A stretch of DNA of 63,253 nucleotides, counting the filler, from Octopus bimaculoides (Eukaryota): assembly GCF_001194135.2 (NCBI RefSeq). It is 8 parts of 8 records of this genome, joined end to end, with 100 filler letters (N's around TTAATTAATTAA, not from the genome) between each part and the next. Parts side by side here need not be neighbours in the genome. Positions count along the whole stretch, not along the records: positions 23,078 to 35,799 come from NC_068987.1; positions 35,900 to 55,069 come from NC_068988.1; 6 more parts are not named here. One strand, given 5' to 3'. Shown here piece after piece: positions 25,201 through 38,420 of the stretch. How positions within the stretch are numbered: position 1 is the first letter of the stretch; each line of letters begins with the position of its first letter. A program made the translations under genes and the position numbers. The notes under the pieces were generated by a model. The model was not told the DNA's origin and did not search any database. It worked only from the letters and a program-made list of their open reading frames with translations.

Positions 25201-27185
25201 TAAGCTTCTTCCTCCTTATNNNNNNNNNNNNNNNNNNNNNNNNNNNNNNNNNNNNNNNNNNNNNNNNNNNNNNNNNNNNNNNNNNNNNNNNNNNNNNNNN
25301 NNNNNNNNNNNNNNNNNNNNNNNNNNNNNNNNNNNNNNNNNNNNNNNNNNNNNNNNNNNNNNNNNNNNNNNNNNNNNNNNNNNNNNNNNNNNNNNNNNNN
25401 NNNNNNNNNNNNNNNNNNNNNNNNNNNNNNNNNNNNNNNNNNNNNNNNNNNNNNNNNNNNNNNNNNNNNNNNNNNNNNNNNNNNNNNNNNNNNNNNNNNN
25501 NNNNNNNNNNNNNNNNNNNNNNNNNNNNNNNNNNNNNNNNNNNNNNNNNNNNNNNNNNNNNNNNNNNNNNNNNNNNNNNNNNNNNNNNNNNNNNNNNNNN
25601 NNNNNNNNNNNNNNNNNNNNNNNNNNNNNNNNNNNNNNNNNNNNNNNNNNNNNNNNNNNNNNNNNNNNNNNNNNNNNNNNNNNNNNNNNNNNNNNNNNNN
25701 NNNNNNNNNNNNNNNNNNNNNNNNNNNNNNNNNNNNNNNNNNNNNNNNNNNNNNNNNNNNNNNNNNNNNNNNNNNNNNNNNNNNNNNNNNNNNNNNNNNN
25801 NNNNNNNNNNNNNNNNNNNNNNNNNNNNNNNNNNNNNNNNNNNNNNNNNNNNNNNNNNNNNNNNNNNNNNNNNNNNNNNNNNNNNNNNNNNNNNNNNNNN
25901 NNNNNNNNNNNNNNNNNNNNNNNNNNNNNNNNNNNNNNNNNNNNNNNNNNNNNNNNNNNNNNNNNNNNNNNNNNNNNNNNNNNNNNNNNNNNNNNNNNNN
26001 NNNNNNNNNNNNNNNNNNNNNNNNNNNNNNNNNNNNNNNNNNNNNNNNNNNNNNNNNNNNNNNNNNNNNNNNNNNNNNNNNNNNNNNNNNNNNNNNNNNN
26101 NNNNNNNNNNNNNNNNNNNATTAGATGAAAGTTCCTACAAATGCCTTTCAGGCTGTGTCAAATACGATTATAACGGAATTTGAAGCGGAAAGAAGACTGT
26201 TCAGCACGCATACATACATACTAATGCATCAACTTTTTTTTTTTGCAATTTCAAGTTTCATTTCCTAGATAAATGTGATATGTGTTAGTATAGGTATGTG
26301 CGAGAGAACCATTTTGTTTTCATATTAAATTCTGATATGATTATAATATGCACACTATGAAAAGTGATCGTAGAAAATATTATAAAATATATCCATTTTG
26401 GTTGAATGTTATTTGGAAACAAAAATCCGATTCGTGCGAATTTTCCCACACACTTCTCCCCACCCAAAGGAAAAAAATGTTAACTACAACTTCCAGTATT
26501 ATTAGAATCTACACTATCTGAAGCGTGCTTCTAGAAAATTGCACCATCTTACTTGAAATTATAAAAGAGGAAAGTCGTGAAGCAATAAAACATTAATTCC
26601 TAGCAGACGTTGGTAACGGAAACAACAGTTGAAAATTCAAAGCAGACAGCTATAAGGGAAATATTTGTTTCAAATTTTGGCACAAGGACTAAGTTCAGAA
26701 GAGGGAGCTAGTGGATCACATTGACCCCCTGTTCGAGTGATATTTATTTTAATGACCCCTAATGAATGAAAGGAAAATTCGACCTCGGTTGAATACGAAC
26801 TCAGCGACATACGAAATATAGCAAATCATTTTGCCCAGCGTGCAAATGATTCTACCAGCACGCCGCGTTCTATAAGATGAAATATTGCGAAGCAGTTGTT
26901 AACACAAAGCGTATTTAATATTTAAAAAGCAATGATGAATAAATGAATAAAAGTAACTTCTTAAAAATAAAAAAATGAAGCATAGACTTTAGTAGTAGTG
27001 ATGTTCAAACATGCATTGCTTGCGAAGTAGGAATTCAAATGACATAATATTTGTGTTCCTGCATGCGCATAAAATGTATCCGCTCATGAGCACTTCCTTC
27101 TGGTTGGGACCAGTATATTATTGCACATAGAGCAGTACTGGAACTGTATAAGGAACATATATTTTTAAAAAGTATATAATTAACA

Positions 27186-27278
<93 letters not shown>

Positions 27279-28641
27279 ATACACACACAAACACACACAC
27301 ATAATATTGCCAGCAGGTCTAGAAAATAAAATGGGAGAGAAAAAGGTATAATACATAGTTTGTAACACCTGATTTGAACCTTGTCCACTGATCTCATACC
27401 GAGAAGCATTTGTATTCTGATAAACATCCACACACCCAGGCATATGAATATAAACATAGTACACATAGGAATACACATATACCGGTTCAGTTGTGTTATT
27501 GGTGATAGTTTAGATTCCAGAATTCGTGGCGATGGTGATAGTTGACTCAATTATATTTTGTTTTTCTAATATCAAGCATCGTTCTGTTTTATGTATAACT
27601 TGAAGTGTCTTTCGCCATGAAACGTCATGTCTTTGTGTCAATGTACCATGCTCTTTCTAATTGCTTTAGTTTCTTAGGTTGTCACATTCCTACATGGATA
27701 TTTTCTCAATTTTCTTAACCTTTCTGCTATCAATGAATCTAAGGTGTAACAGCTAGACCAGCACTCAGATGAGACCTAGTTTAAGCTATTAGACTAGAGC
27801 AATATGAAATAAAGGGATTTGCTGAAAAACACTGCATCCTGCGAGCTTCAAGTATGACTAGATGATCGTGACCCGAACACAATTCACAATTGGACACGTG
27901 ATTTTATATTAGTTCTTTTGCTTTTATCTCTGTTCTCTCAAAGAGACTATATAATTATATTATTATTACTATTAGCATAGATTTTTCTTCGAAAAAGTAT
28001 CTCCTATTTATTTGTGATCTAGTAAAGTTGTCTATTTCTGTAATTAACTTACTCCAAAGTTTAATATCTGTAAGTTCGTTCCTAAATTAATGAAATAATT
28101 TCCCTTAGGTGGCAGCGTCAAGAAACTGTACACCCTGGAATATGTCAATATTGTACCGCAAGTCTGCCTTACCGACTTCCTTAATAATTATTTTTATTGT
28201 TTCCATGATTTGTTTCGATCTCCTAAATCTTAAACTAAACCATTTCATACGCCGCACTCTCACCCTTTTGACTACTTTACTTTGCTTTGATGCAGAGAAC
28301 TACATGTGATGGATGAAGTTTTGTCTACGCTTCTGTATTTTCTCTTGGTTGGTACAGAGTTATTTATTCCCAAAGTCTGCCATTAGTTTCAGGAGCTGTT
28401 AAATTAGGTGGCAAATTAAGACTGCAATTCGAGTGTAAGAAGTCTTCCTACTACATATTTTAGGGCTATTTTAGAACTCACTTGCCCACACAGCAGTTGA
28501 AATCGCACCTACATAGTGGCAAGGTAGATTTCTTAACTACATAGGCATCCTTGCACCCAACATGACATTAATACAATTTAGATCGAATAATTTATTTTAG
28601 ATGATGAAATCTATTGCAACACTTCAAAAAGGCTTCAGCAA

Positions 28642-28672
<31 letters not shown>

Positions 28673-30625
28673 AAAGATAAAAAATGTGAATAAAATCAAT
28701 TTCCTACTCTGGGAAGAATCTCGTCTGATGTATTTTCAAATTTTCATTCAAATCACGTTTTTCCTAATTCGTAATTTTCCATCCAAATGAGTTACAATTA
28801 CAAATTCTCCTCCAAAAACCAATCAACCAATCGATCGATTAAACCTGTTTTGTGTTACATCGTCATATCTTTGTATAGGACTTTGTAAGTATGTGTGTAC
28901 GTATGTATGTAGACACACAGATACATACATACATAAATACAGTCACACACACACACATACATACAAACACATGCAGTCACACACACATACATATACAAAT
29001 AAAAAATATATTTATATATGTGCGTGTGTAGGGGGGGGGCATACATTTATATGGATGTAAGTACGTATGCATGGATGTGTATGTATATACACACACTGTA
29101 TACGTGTGTGTGTGTTCATTGTGTAACATGTTCACATAGCTCCTCGTGTTACTTAAACTTTTTCTGGCGTGAAAACAGGATCTTCTGTTGTGATATACGG
29201 ATGCTCGGAATGTTTTAGAATATTATCGTGTTTTCACGTCCAAGGAACATTAAGGAACATGAGGAAAGAAGTCAACCTATCAATAAATAAATACAGTTTC
29301 GACTCCGTTGAACGTTCCTTCTATTAGCTTGTCCATTCGTTGTGCTATCCATCTAACATGTGCAAGCTGATAAAGGCATAGATTTCTGTATATGAAGTTC
29401 TTTGTAATCACTGGATTCCAGGATCGATACCAATATCAAATATCTTCTCCTGACATAGAATTCACATGATGTTGTTTAAGGATTCACAAAAGTTTGAAAG
29501 TATATAGAATGATTAACTGGTCAATAGATTTCATTTCTTACCTTTTGTGTTATTCAGTAGTTTTATTCTGTTTCTTTTGAAATAGTGGATGTCATTGTTC
29601 AGAGTTTAGCCAAGCATGTAAAACTTTTTGATTGGGCGCGTGTATAATAAGGCGTCAGCTTGGGGTCATGCTGTTGTTATAAAGTTATTTATCTTGTTCT
29701 TTTATGCTTACAAAAGGATTTAGTTAGTTGGAAACATTAGTTAGTCAGGAAATTTCTCACTAGGTATGTATTGTCTTTGATGTTATTTGAGTATTATGTA
29801 TAAATTTTAGCCATTGTCATTTGCGGAAGTAAAGTTTGTGGAATATGCTTTAATAAATATTTCTTTTATTTGATTTCTAGCCAGTGTATTAGTAAGTAAG
29901 CCAAGACATATATATATACTATCTCATTTTGCATTATGAATATACACACAAGGACAATACAAAAACTCTATTCAGGCTCAGGCTTGACTTTGTCGTAAGA
30001 AGTTTGCTTCTCAACCACATGGTTCCGGGTTTAGTCTGTTTGCGTGGCAGCTTGGACAAGTAACATCTACTATAGCTTGGGATCGGCCTTGCGATTGGTC
30101 TTGGTAGATGAAAAATGTAAGAAACTCATCGTATTTCTACACACACACACACTCACACACACACACTCAACATACCCTTGAATGAACAGCACATTGAATT
30201 AAAATCTCCATATTATTCATTTGTAATAAGAAAATATGAACTCCTGTCGGAATTTACACACCTTGGACAACAAGCCTTTCTACCCATTCTACAGAGCGCT
30301 GTCATTGGATAATGGGACTGCAACTGTAACATACAACATATACTTTTTTATTCTTTTCTTTCCATTTATACTTCCTGATATATCCTAGTGATGATAATGT
30401 CCGAACCTCTGTCGCCACTGGCATGTCCCATGATGACGACGTATTTCGTCATCTCTACGGACCCTACTTCGCCGACCGACCCTACTGTCCAGTTATTTAT
30501 TCCTAGTGGACCAGCCCACTTCTTGCCTGGCAGCATCTGCCACAACACTTCCCATACCTCTCCCTTTCCAGAATAACTTCTAATATCGAACTCTATTACT
30601 TCCCTCTATTTAATCCTCTCATATC

Positions 30626-30673
30626 GTCTCTGATGAAGGGATATCCCTCATGTCCTTGAAACAGCTGTAAGAC
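30626..30673 (+). ncRNA. Minimal hammerhead ribozyme motif (third family)
   Basis: GTCT-CTGATGA-AGGGATAT ccctc ATGTCCTT-GAA-ACAGCTGT-A-AGAC. Full core, palindromic helix III, GUA site at 30667-30669. Confidence 0.8.
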
Positions 30674-31091
30674 TACCTTTCTCTTTATAAATGTCCTATA
30701 TATTTCATACTGCCTTGGCTTTGCTGTCTCATTTTACTTAACACACACACACACACACATTAACAATTATGGGTACTAAGAGGCAGCTTCCCTAATTATT
30801 AATTGATAGTTTATACTGTTATAGGTTTCTTACGCATGCTAAACTATAATGATATTATTATTTTATTTATATTTTCTATTTATTATTCACTATTTTTCTT
30901 CACCCTTCTTTCTTTTTTTTTCTCCCTTCTCTTACCATGCATAGAAACCCTCTCAAAACAAAAGTAAGTAGTAAACGAGTTTTTACCCTTATTTATTTAT
31001 TTATTTATTTGACACTCCTCAAAAATACCATTTCAATACGATGGCCCCTCTCTCTCTCTCTTTTACCATATCCATCTCTCTATCTGTCTGA

Positions 31092-31165
<74 letters not shown>

Positions 31166-33219
31166 GCTCGTCTATCTATCGAACTGCTTATACATATTCC
31201 ATTGTCTCCAANNNNNNNNNNNNNNNNNNNNNNNNNNNNNNNNNNNNNNNNNNNNNNNNNNNNNNNNNNNNNNNNNNNNNNNNNNNNNNNNNNNNNNNNN
31301 NNNNNNNNNNNNNNNNNNNNNNNNNNNNNNNNNNNNNNNNNNNNNNNNNNNNNNNNNNNNNNNNNNNNNNNNNNNNNNNNNNNNNNNNNNNNNNNNNNNN
31401 NNNNNNNNNNNNNNNNNNNNNNNNNNNNNNNNNNNNNNNNNNNNNNNNNNNNNNNNNNNNNNNNNNNNNNNNNNNNNNNNNNNNNNNNNNNNNNNNNNNN
31501 NNNNNNNNNNNNNNNNNNNNNNNNNNNNNNNNNNNNNNNNNNNNNNNNNNNNNNNNNNNNNNNNNNNNNNNNNNNNNNNNNNNNNNNNNNNNNNNNNNNN
31601 NNNNNTTACCCTAGGGGATCATTGACTAAATTCCCTAAGGGTCGTTCTCACAGTTTATATTTATATTTCAAGGTTTAAAATTTTTATATTTAAAAGAGAT
31701 AGAGTCTTCGAACTCAACAGATCCATATTCTATTTATTTGCCATCCTATGTCAACATTTCTGTGCCCAAACCTTTCCAACGACTGATCCATTGGATGTCT
31801 GACGTTTATCACTTCCTCAGGAATGGTTTACATCAGAACAAATTACGAAAAAACACACAAATAACGATCATAATAAATTATTAAATTATGAAAAGTTCGT
31901 TAGCTTCAAAATCCGCCATGTTTTTATTCCAAGTTAGATATGTATATATAGGGGAGGTAACTCCTTAATATTTTCTATTGTTACTGCTCTCCTGTGATTG
32001 TCTACTAGATTAATTTATTTAATTTAATTTAATTAATTTATTTTTTTATTTATTTATTAATTTAGTTATTAACTTGGTTATTAATTTCTTTTTAGTATAT
32101 TTATTTATTTTAAATTACTATCAATTATCCCCTATATGTAGACTATTTTTGTTGCCCCAAGAGGGTTCTCATGTCTATTATTCCATTTTATATTATTATT
32201 GGGTCTCCTTACTTGGTTAAGAGAGATCTGTCCAGCCATCAATCCTCCTAGGAATCATTACAAGCTCCTTTACTAAAAAAAATCAGTAATATTTCGATAT
32301 ATTATCATTCTATGCTATTATCATTCTTTTCTATGGGTTTCATACTAAGGCTTGAGCCTCATCTCTTCCTACTAAATGCTTAGTTATTTATTTTATTCTC
32401 AGTTCTTACTTTAATTTCATATCTACCCTTAATACGGTAGAGTCACGTAGTTATATTGTATTTGGAGATCAAACAATCGTTTGTGTTGTACTGTACTATA
32501 TTACCCGCTCCTTTCCTCTTATTCATTTAATCTATATTGAGTTGTTCCTAGGTCTAGATAGCAAACTTCCCAACCGCCGCTCCATACTTATTACAATTCT
32601 TTCTATGTGCTCTTCTCCTATCCTTACTATTGTGTGTGCTCACCAACTCTTCTCCTACTATTATTATTGTTATTGTTATTGTTATTGTTCTTCTTATTAT
32701 TGTTGTTGTTATTACTACTATTATTACTACTATTATTATTATTATTAATAATAATAATAACAATAATAATCCTATATTGGGACTTACATAGCCTACACTT
32801 ATAGGTTGCTCAGACTTTAATGTCGCGACCTAGTGTTGGTCTGTACTATCATAGGTTGCCTCTTATTAATGGATGAATTGGGGTTCTATGTGAGATATTT
32901 TTAACTGACCAATTACCTATAGTTATCCCCTCCTTAAATTATATCTACTGTGTCTTTTTTGTTATAGTTAGGCGTCCATAGTAGTTTAACTTAATGTTTT
33001 AATTCTCCTAAAGTTCAAGCGTATCTCCAGATTTCCACTAGTATTTCATGCATCAGTCTACCTAATTCCAGACTAAATTTTGTCTTATAACTTAGCATGT
33101 ATATATGTACGCCTACGCACTCTTACATAGACATATATATACACATATATACATACACATACACACACACATACATATACATATANNNNNNNNNNATACA
33201 TATATATATACATATACAT

Positions 33220-33270
<51 letters not shown>

Positions 33271-33544
33271 TACATATACATACATATGCACATACACACA
33301 CACACATACACATACATATATATATATACACAAACACACACACACACATACATACATATATACATATATACACACACATACACACACACACACATACCTA
33401 TACACATACACGCTCATACCCATATATGCATATCCTTATCTCCGTACACATACACCTATATACACACATATGCACACATCCATATATACACATAAATACA
33501 CATACACAAACATACATGAGATACCGTGCTGTACTCGCTCATAT

Positions 33545-34141
33545 CCTAAAATCATTTATACCATCGAAAAGTGCTTCTTAGGATATGCGCACATTTCAGA
33601 GCATTATTCGTTAGTTTGTTGATCAATTTACCCTTAGAGAAGATTATGCAGTAGAGTTCTGTCGTTCACAGGGAACAATACTTTCTCCCTCTCTCGTATG
33701 GCATTGATCTTGCTATTNNNNNNNNNNNNNNNNNNNNNNNNNNNNNNNNNNNNNNNNNNNNNNNNNNNNNNNNNNNNNNNNNNNNNNNNNNNNNNNNNNN
33801 NNNNNNNNNNNNNNNNNNNNNNNNNNNNNNNNNNNNNNNNNNNNNNNNNNNNNNNNNNNNNNNNNNNNNNNNNNNNNNNNNNNNNNNNNNNNNNNNNNNN
33901 NNNNNNNNNNNNNNNNNNNNNNNNNNNNNNNNNNNNNNNNNNNNNNNNNNNNNNNNNNNNNNNNNNNNNNNNNNNNNNNNNNNNNNNNNNNNNNNNNNNN
34001 NNNNNNNNNNNNNNNNNNNNNNNNNNNNNNNNNNNNNNNNNNNNNNNNNNNNNNNNNNNNNNNNNNNNNNNNNNNNNNNNNNNNNNNNNNNNNNNNNNNN
34101 NNNNNNNNNNNNNNNNNNNNNNNNNNNNNNNNNNNNNNNNN

Positions 34142-34210
<69 letters not shown>

Positions 34211-35764
34211 GCTATTTATATTATTGTTCAAATTCCCATTTCTCCCTGTTTCTTTAGACTTAAGTATTTTAAGGTTACGTGCTGCTATTATTTGTGCTAT
34301 GTTCCTAGTATTTGAAAATCCAAACCTAATTATGTGTGCGTTGATAATCTTACCATAGTGTGAGCTCCTTGGGGAGTGCCTACCTATCACCTCTCTAAAC
34401 TTAGCTATCAGATTACTCCTGATATTTCTCCCAAATGGGATTATGAACCAGATTTTATTATCTTTATTATTATCATCCTCATGGTTATTAATATCGTTTT
34501 TAAAGAATTTTAAGTTACTTATGTTGTGTTTATGGGGGTATCTTGGTTTATTTCCTTTATTTTCCTTGTGTTTATTCCTCTTATTATTATTATTATTACT
34601 GCTGTCAGTTGTTTCAATTCCGTTGCTATCATTTTCAATATAGGAGACCCTTTCTCTATACCCTGCCTTATTCAGTGCTGCATTATAGAAATTAGCTTCA
34701 TTATTAAAGACCCTATTGTTAGCAGATACTTTAGAGAGTCTTAAAGAGCTATTTTTAACTAGATTCTCGGTGTTAGCCCTAGGATGATTATTTGATTTAT
34801 TTATATACTGTAGGTTCGTTAGGGGTTTGTGGTATGGTCTATATGTTTTATTCTTAATATCTAATGTTACGTCTAGGAAGTTTGCTACTGAGATATCATC
34901 TTCGTAAACTATACTCATCTGCTGAAAAATCTAGCTAGCCTACCCTTAATTCTTTGTAGTTCCTGGCTTGAGCAATTCATAACATACAAAAGGCAGTCGT
35001 CTCTATACATCCCCCCCTAACCCTAGGGAATTGATCAATTAATTCATAAAGGATAAATGATCCCACCATATCGGCTATTTGGGCTGAGTCGGAGCTCCCC
35101 ATGGGGATATCAAAGGCCTCAAGGGTATCCTTTCTTACCCATATCTTATCTTTAAAGCTAATGGATGATTTCCTTGCTGCTATTATCATTTTGAATTCTT
35201 CTCTAGTGAGGCCTGCCTTTTTATGGAAGAACCACATTGCCTTATTTAGTACTTTTGGGTTAATTGATCTATAAAAGTTAGCTATATCAAATTGCATAAA
35301 CTTTGTTTCTTCCTTATGCTCAATTGATCTAAACCAATTAATTACTTGGTCTGTACTAGACCATAATTCTAACTTTAACTTAGTGGTTATTGTGGGTAGA
35401 TACTTATTTATAATGTTCTTGCTTAATATTGCGATGTCCGATCTTGTTGGGCATATGAGTCTTAGTGATGGCTGTGTCCAGAAATTTACTTTATGGTCCT
35501 TAAGGATAAATCTTGATTCTCTTGGTACCAGCGGTTCTGTCCTATCCGTCAAGTTATACTTTTCCATTATTTCCTTAGTTTGTATGTTAGCCTCCTTGAG
35601 TACGTTCCTGTTTGCTATTTTATAATTCTTCTCTATTTCCTTCTCCAGTAGGTTGTTGTATTTCTGTTTAGTCAGTTTATATATGTTCCCTGTTTTATCT
35701 GATTGTTTTATCAATTGTCGTGATAAATAAATTCTCGTATATCCCATCTTCTGTCTTTCATTTG

Positions 35765-35765
<1 letters not shown>
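33545..35765 (-). mobile_element. Penelope-like retroelement (RT plus GIY-YIG), frameshifted
   Basis: Motifs LKDHK.NF...RLICP, MQFDIANFY, PMGSSDSAQIAD, YRDD (after a G7 frameshift near 35012), NFLDVTLD, YHKP..N.QYIN..NNHP and IWFIIPF. The end IARSMPYERGRKYCSL*..LINK...KCAH resembles the Penelope endonuclease C-terminus. The central GIY-YIG part falls in the gap 33718-34141. Confidence 0.9.
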
Positions 35766-35799
<34 letters not shown>

Positions 35800-35934
35800 N
35801 NNNNNNNNNNNNNNNNNNNNNNNNNNNNNNNNNNNNNNNNNNNTTAATTAATTAANNNNNNNNNNNNNNNNNNNNNNNNNNNNNNNNNNNNNNNNNNNNT
35901 TTCTGAATGGATTGCCTGATTAAAAAAAATAATA

Positions 35935-36185
35935 AATACGCCCTTTTAAAGCCTAGCCAGGCTCATGGGCCCGGTTTCCGGTTTCTATGGCGTATGTGTT
36001 CCCCAGCTGGATGGGAGGCCACTCCATCGCAGCATTACTCATTTTTGCCAGCTGAGTGGACTGGAGCAACGTGAAATGAAGTGTTTTGCTCAAGAACACA
36101 ACGTGTCGTTCGGTCCAGGAATCGAAACCACAATCTTGCAATCATGATGCTGACACCCTAACCACTAAGCCACGCGCCTCCACTG
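35935..36185 (-). mobile_element. tRNA-derived SINE with a CORE/Meta-like central domain
   Basis: Reverse complement: gcgcgtggcttagtggttagg...ggtttcgattcc...gtgttcttgagcaaaacacttcatttcacgttgctccagtccactcagctgg. The superfamily assignment is from memory. Confidence 0.65.
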
Positions 36186-37204
36186 ATTGCCTGATTACCT
36201 TTATGTTTTTTAGTTAGTACAGCCCACCTGATGATGAGCCATGTCTCATGTAGCTCACTTCTCAAACAAGGCTGCTCATGCTAGGTTTACATTAACCATC
36301 CTACACAAGATATCACAGCCAATGAAAGAGTCTACTATGTGGTTACTCTACTTGTTATTTTTATAGCAGCCAGATCTCACTTTTAAGGACTTAGTGCCTT
36401 GAAAAAGAGGACATGTTTGACAATGATGTCCTAGATGTTCATCCCTGGAATACCTTTGATCATGTCTGCATATATGACTTTGGTTTTATCACTGTAACAT
36501 CCATGTTCTACAGGAATAATAATGGATATTACACTGACAAAAGCTAAAGGGTTACTTAACCTTTAAATGATAAAGTTTTCAGAAAACTAAATCACAGGAT
36601 TTGTCATAACTGTGATAAATAACTTATTAAAATACTTAGGTCATAAATAACAATTACTTATTCATGCAAATGAAAACATCATTTCATGCATAATAAGTTG
36701 TTGTTATCATTTTGTCTTTGTTGTTATTTAGCCTCCAAGTTAGTGTAGATCCAGTATAACTATGATTAGCAGCATTCCAGGAGCAACTGTCTTTTTTAGG
36801 CAATATCTTTTATTTTAAGATTGTGGGGTGCGATCTGAGAGAGATTTGACAGCTCTTTCTAGTAGGTCAAGCAGCTAGACAGAGGATCATTCTTTGTATA
36901 AATTTGAGTTAGTAACATGTATGAAATGTTAAGTGCAAGTGAGAGAGGGGCTGTAATATGAAGGCATCAAGAAAAGATAACTGCACAGGTATGGGAATGT
37001 GATGCTAATAAACAATGCCAATAGTGTGAGAGTGTTGACTAATGTATCCATGGCGAAAGCTGCCCACATAACACATAGAATCATTTGGTGAGATGTGATT
37101 CATAGAACACTGGACTTCACAGTTAAGACTTAGGATCAAGAGAATTGGCAACATATTATACAGTAGACCTGCCAGTATGACTAAATGGATGGCAACAATT
37201 TGTA

Positions 37205-38389
37205 TATGAGGATTGGCTGAAAAGTTCATAGGCTAACAAAAATACTCTCATGGAATGTGGCCAAATGATGTTTATTTTTTCAATATAACTCCCTTGCAGT
37301 CTCTACATTTATTCCATTGGGGTTGCAGTTCTTAGATCCAATTGATGAAGAGGCTTTCATTCAATTCGTCAAAAAACATCAACAGCAGATGTTGTCATCA
37401 TCACTTCAATACTGGTTTCAAACCAAGTGCTTTTTCATGTTGGGAAACTGATGACAGGACTTGTGTGCTGGAGTATTGTCCTGAGGAAACAAGACTCCAT
37501 TTCATCAGTTTTTCTGGGTATTTGATCTTGATAGCCTTTTGTAACTGTCTCAGCACATTGGCATAACACTCTCCACTAATAGTGTGTTACTTTTGAAGGT
37601 AGTCAATAAACACAATGTCTTTTGTATCCCACTACACTGAGATCATCACCTTCTCTACAGGTGAAACAACTTTGTTCTTCCATGGAGCAGATGAAAAGGG
37701 GTGTTTCTACTGCATTGGTTGTCTCTTTGTCTCTGGCTCAAAGTGATGAAGTCAACACTCATTCTGGCTTAGGAAATGTTCAAGGAAACCAGCTGGATCT
37801 GCCTTAAACAATGTCAGATTTTTCAGTGATGTATTCAGCATGGTGAGCTTCAATCAGGTGTCAGAAGACAAAGCACTCACCAGGCAGAAACCTTCATCAT
37901 GCCAAGTTCATTGTGCAGAATATTCTCAACTCTCTCATGGGATATGCTAATAGCATGGCTATTTGATTCATAGTCAATCACCTACAGTCCATCACCAAGT
38001 GGTGAATACAATCAATGTTTTCCTTGGTGGTGGCAGTTGCTGGATGTCCAGATCTTGGGTCATCTTAAAGACTCTTCCTTCCCCCTCCCCTCCTAAATTC
38101 AGATGCCCACTTTTGCACTATTGATAAAGCTGGATCGCAGCAACCATGTCAGCATGAATGTCCTTTTCTGCAGGTACTTGATAACACCATGATGCCAAAT
38201 TTTACCCATTTTCAAGAGAAGTTGCTACTAGTTACTTTTGAAGTCTTCTTTGAACAGTGAGATGTCAGTTTATCTTCAAAGAAGCAATGCAGTTGTTAAT
38301 AAGAATTGAAATTCATGCATGCTAGATTTTACAGCTTCACAGCATCACTCCTTCACAGTCAGATACGAACTTTTCAGCCCATTCTTGTA
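37205..38389 (-). mobile_element. Mariner DNA transposon, decayed, about 1.19 kb
   Basis: Inverted ends tatgaggattggctgaaaagttcataggct and (reverse complement) tacaagaatgggctgaaaagttcgtatctg. Transposase remnants MGKIWHHGVIKYLQK and FKDDPRSGHPATA on the minus strand. Confidence 0.85.
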
Positions 38390-38420
38390 CATTAACATGG
38401 TTAATATAATTAATGTCTAA

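Noticed and set aside
27075-27146. Minus-strand FQYCSMCNNILVPTRRKCS*, reminiscent of the RPB9 zinc ribbon
   Set aside because: Similarity is confined to about 10 residues, it is followed by a stop, and no other exons were found.
27480-27700. Possible decayed GIY-YIG C-terminus (HDVSW...RCLILEK...NSG) on the minus strand
   Set aside because: Too degenerate to support without a profile search.
33030-33060. Possible hammerhead at the Penelope 3' flank (CTGATG...GAAA on the minus strand)
   Set aside because: The core reads CTGATGC, with no helix II or matching helix I.
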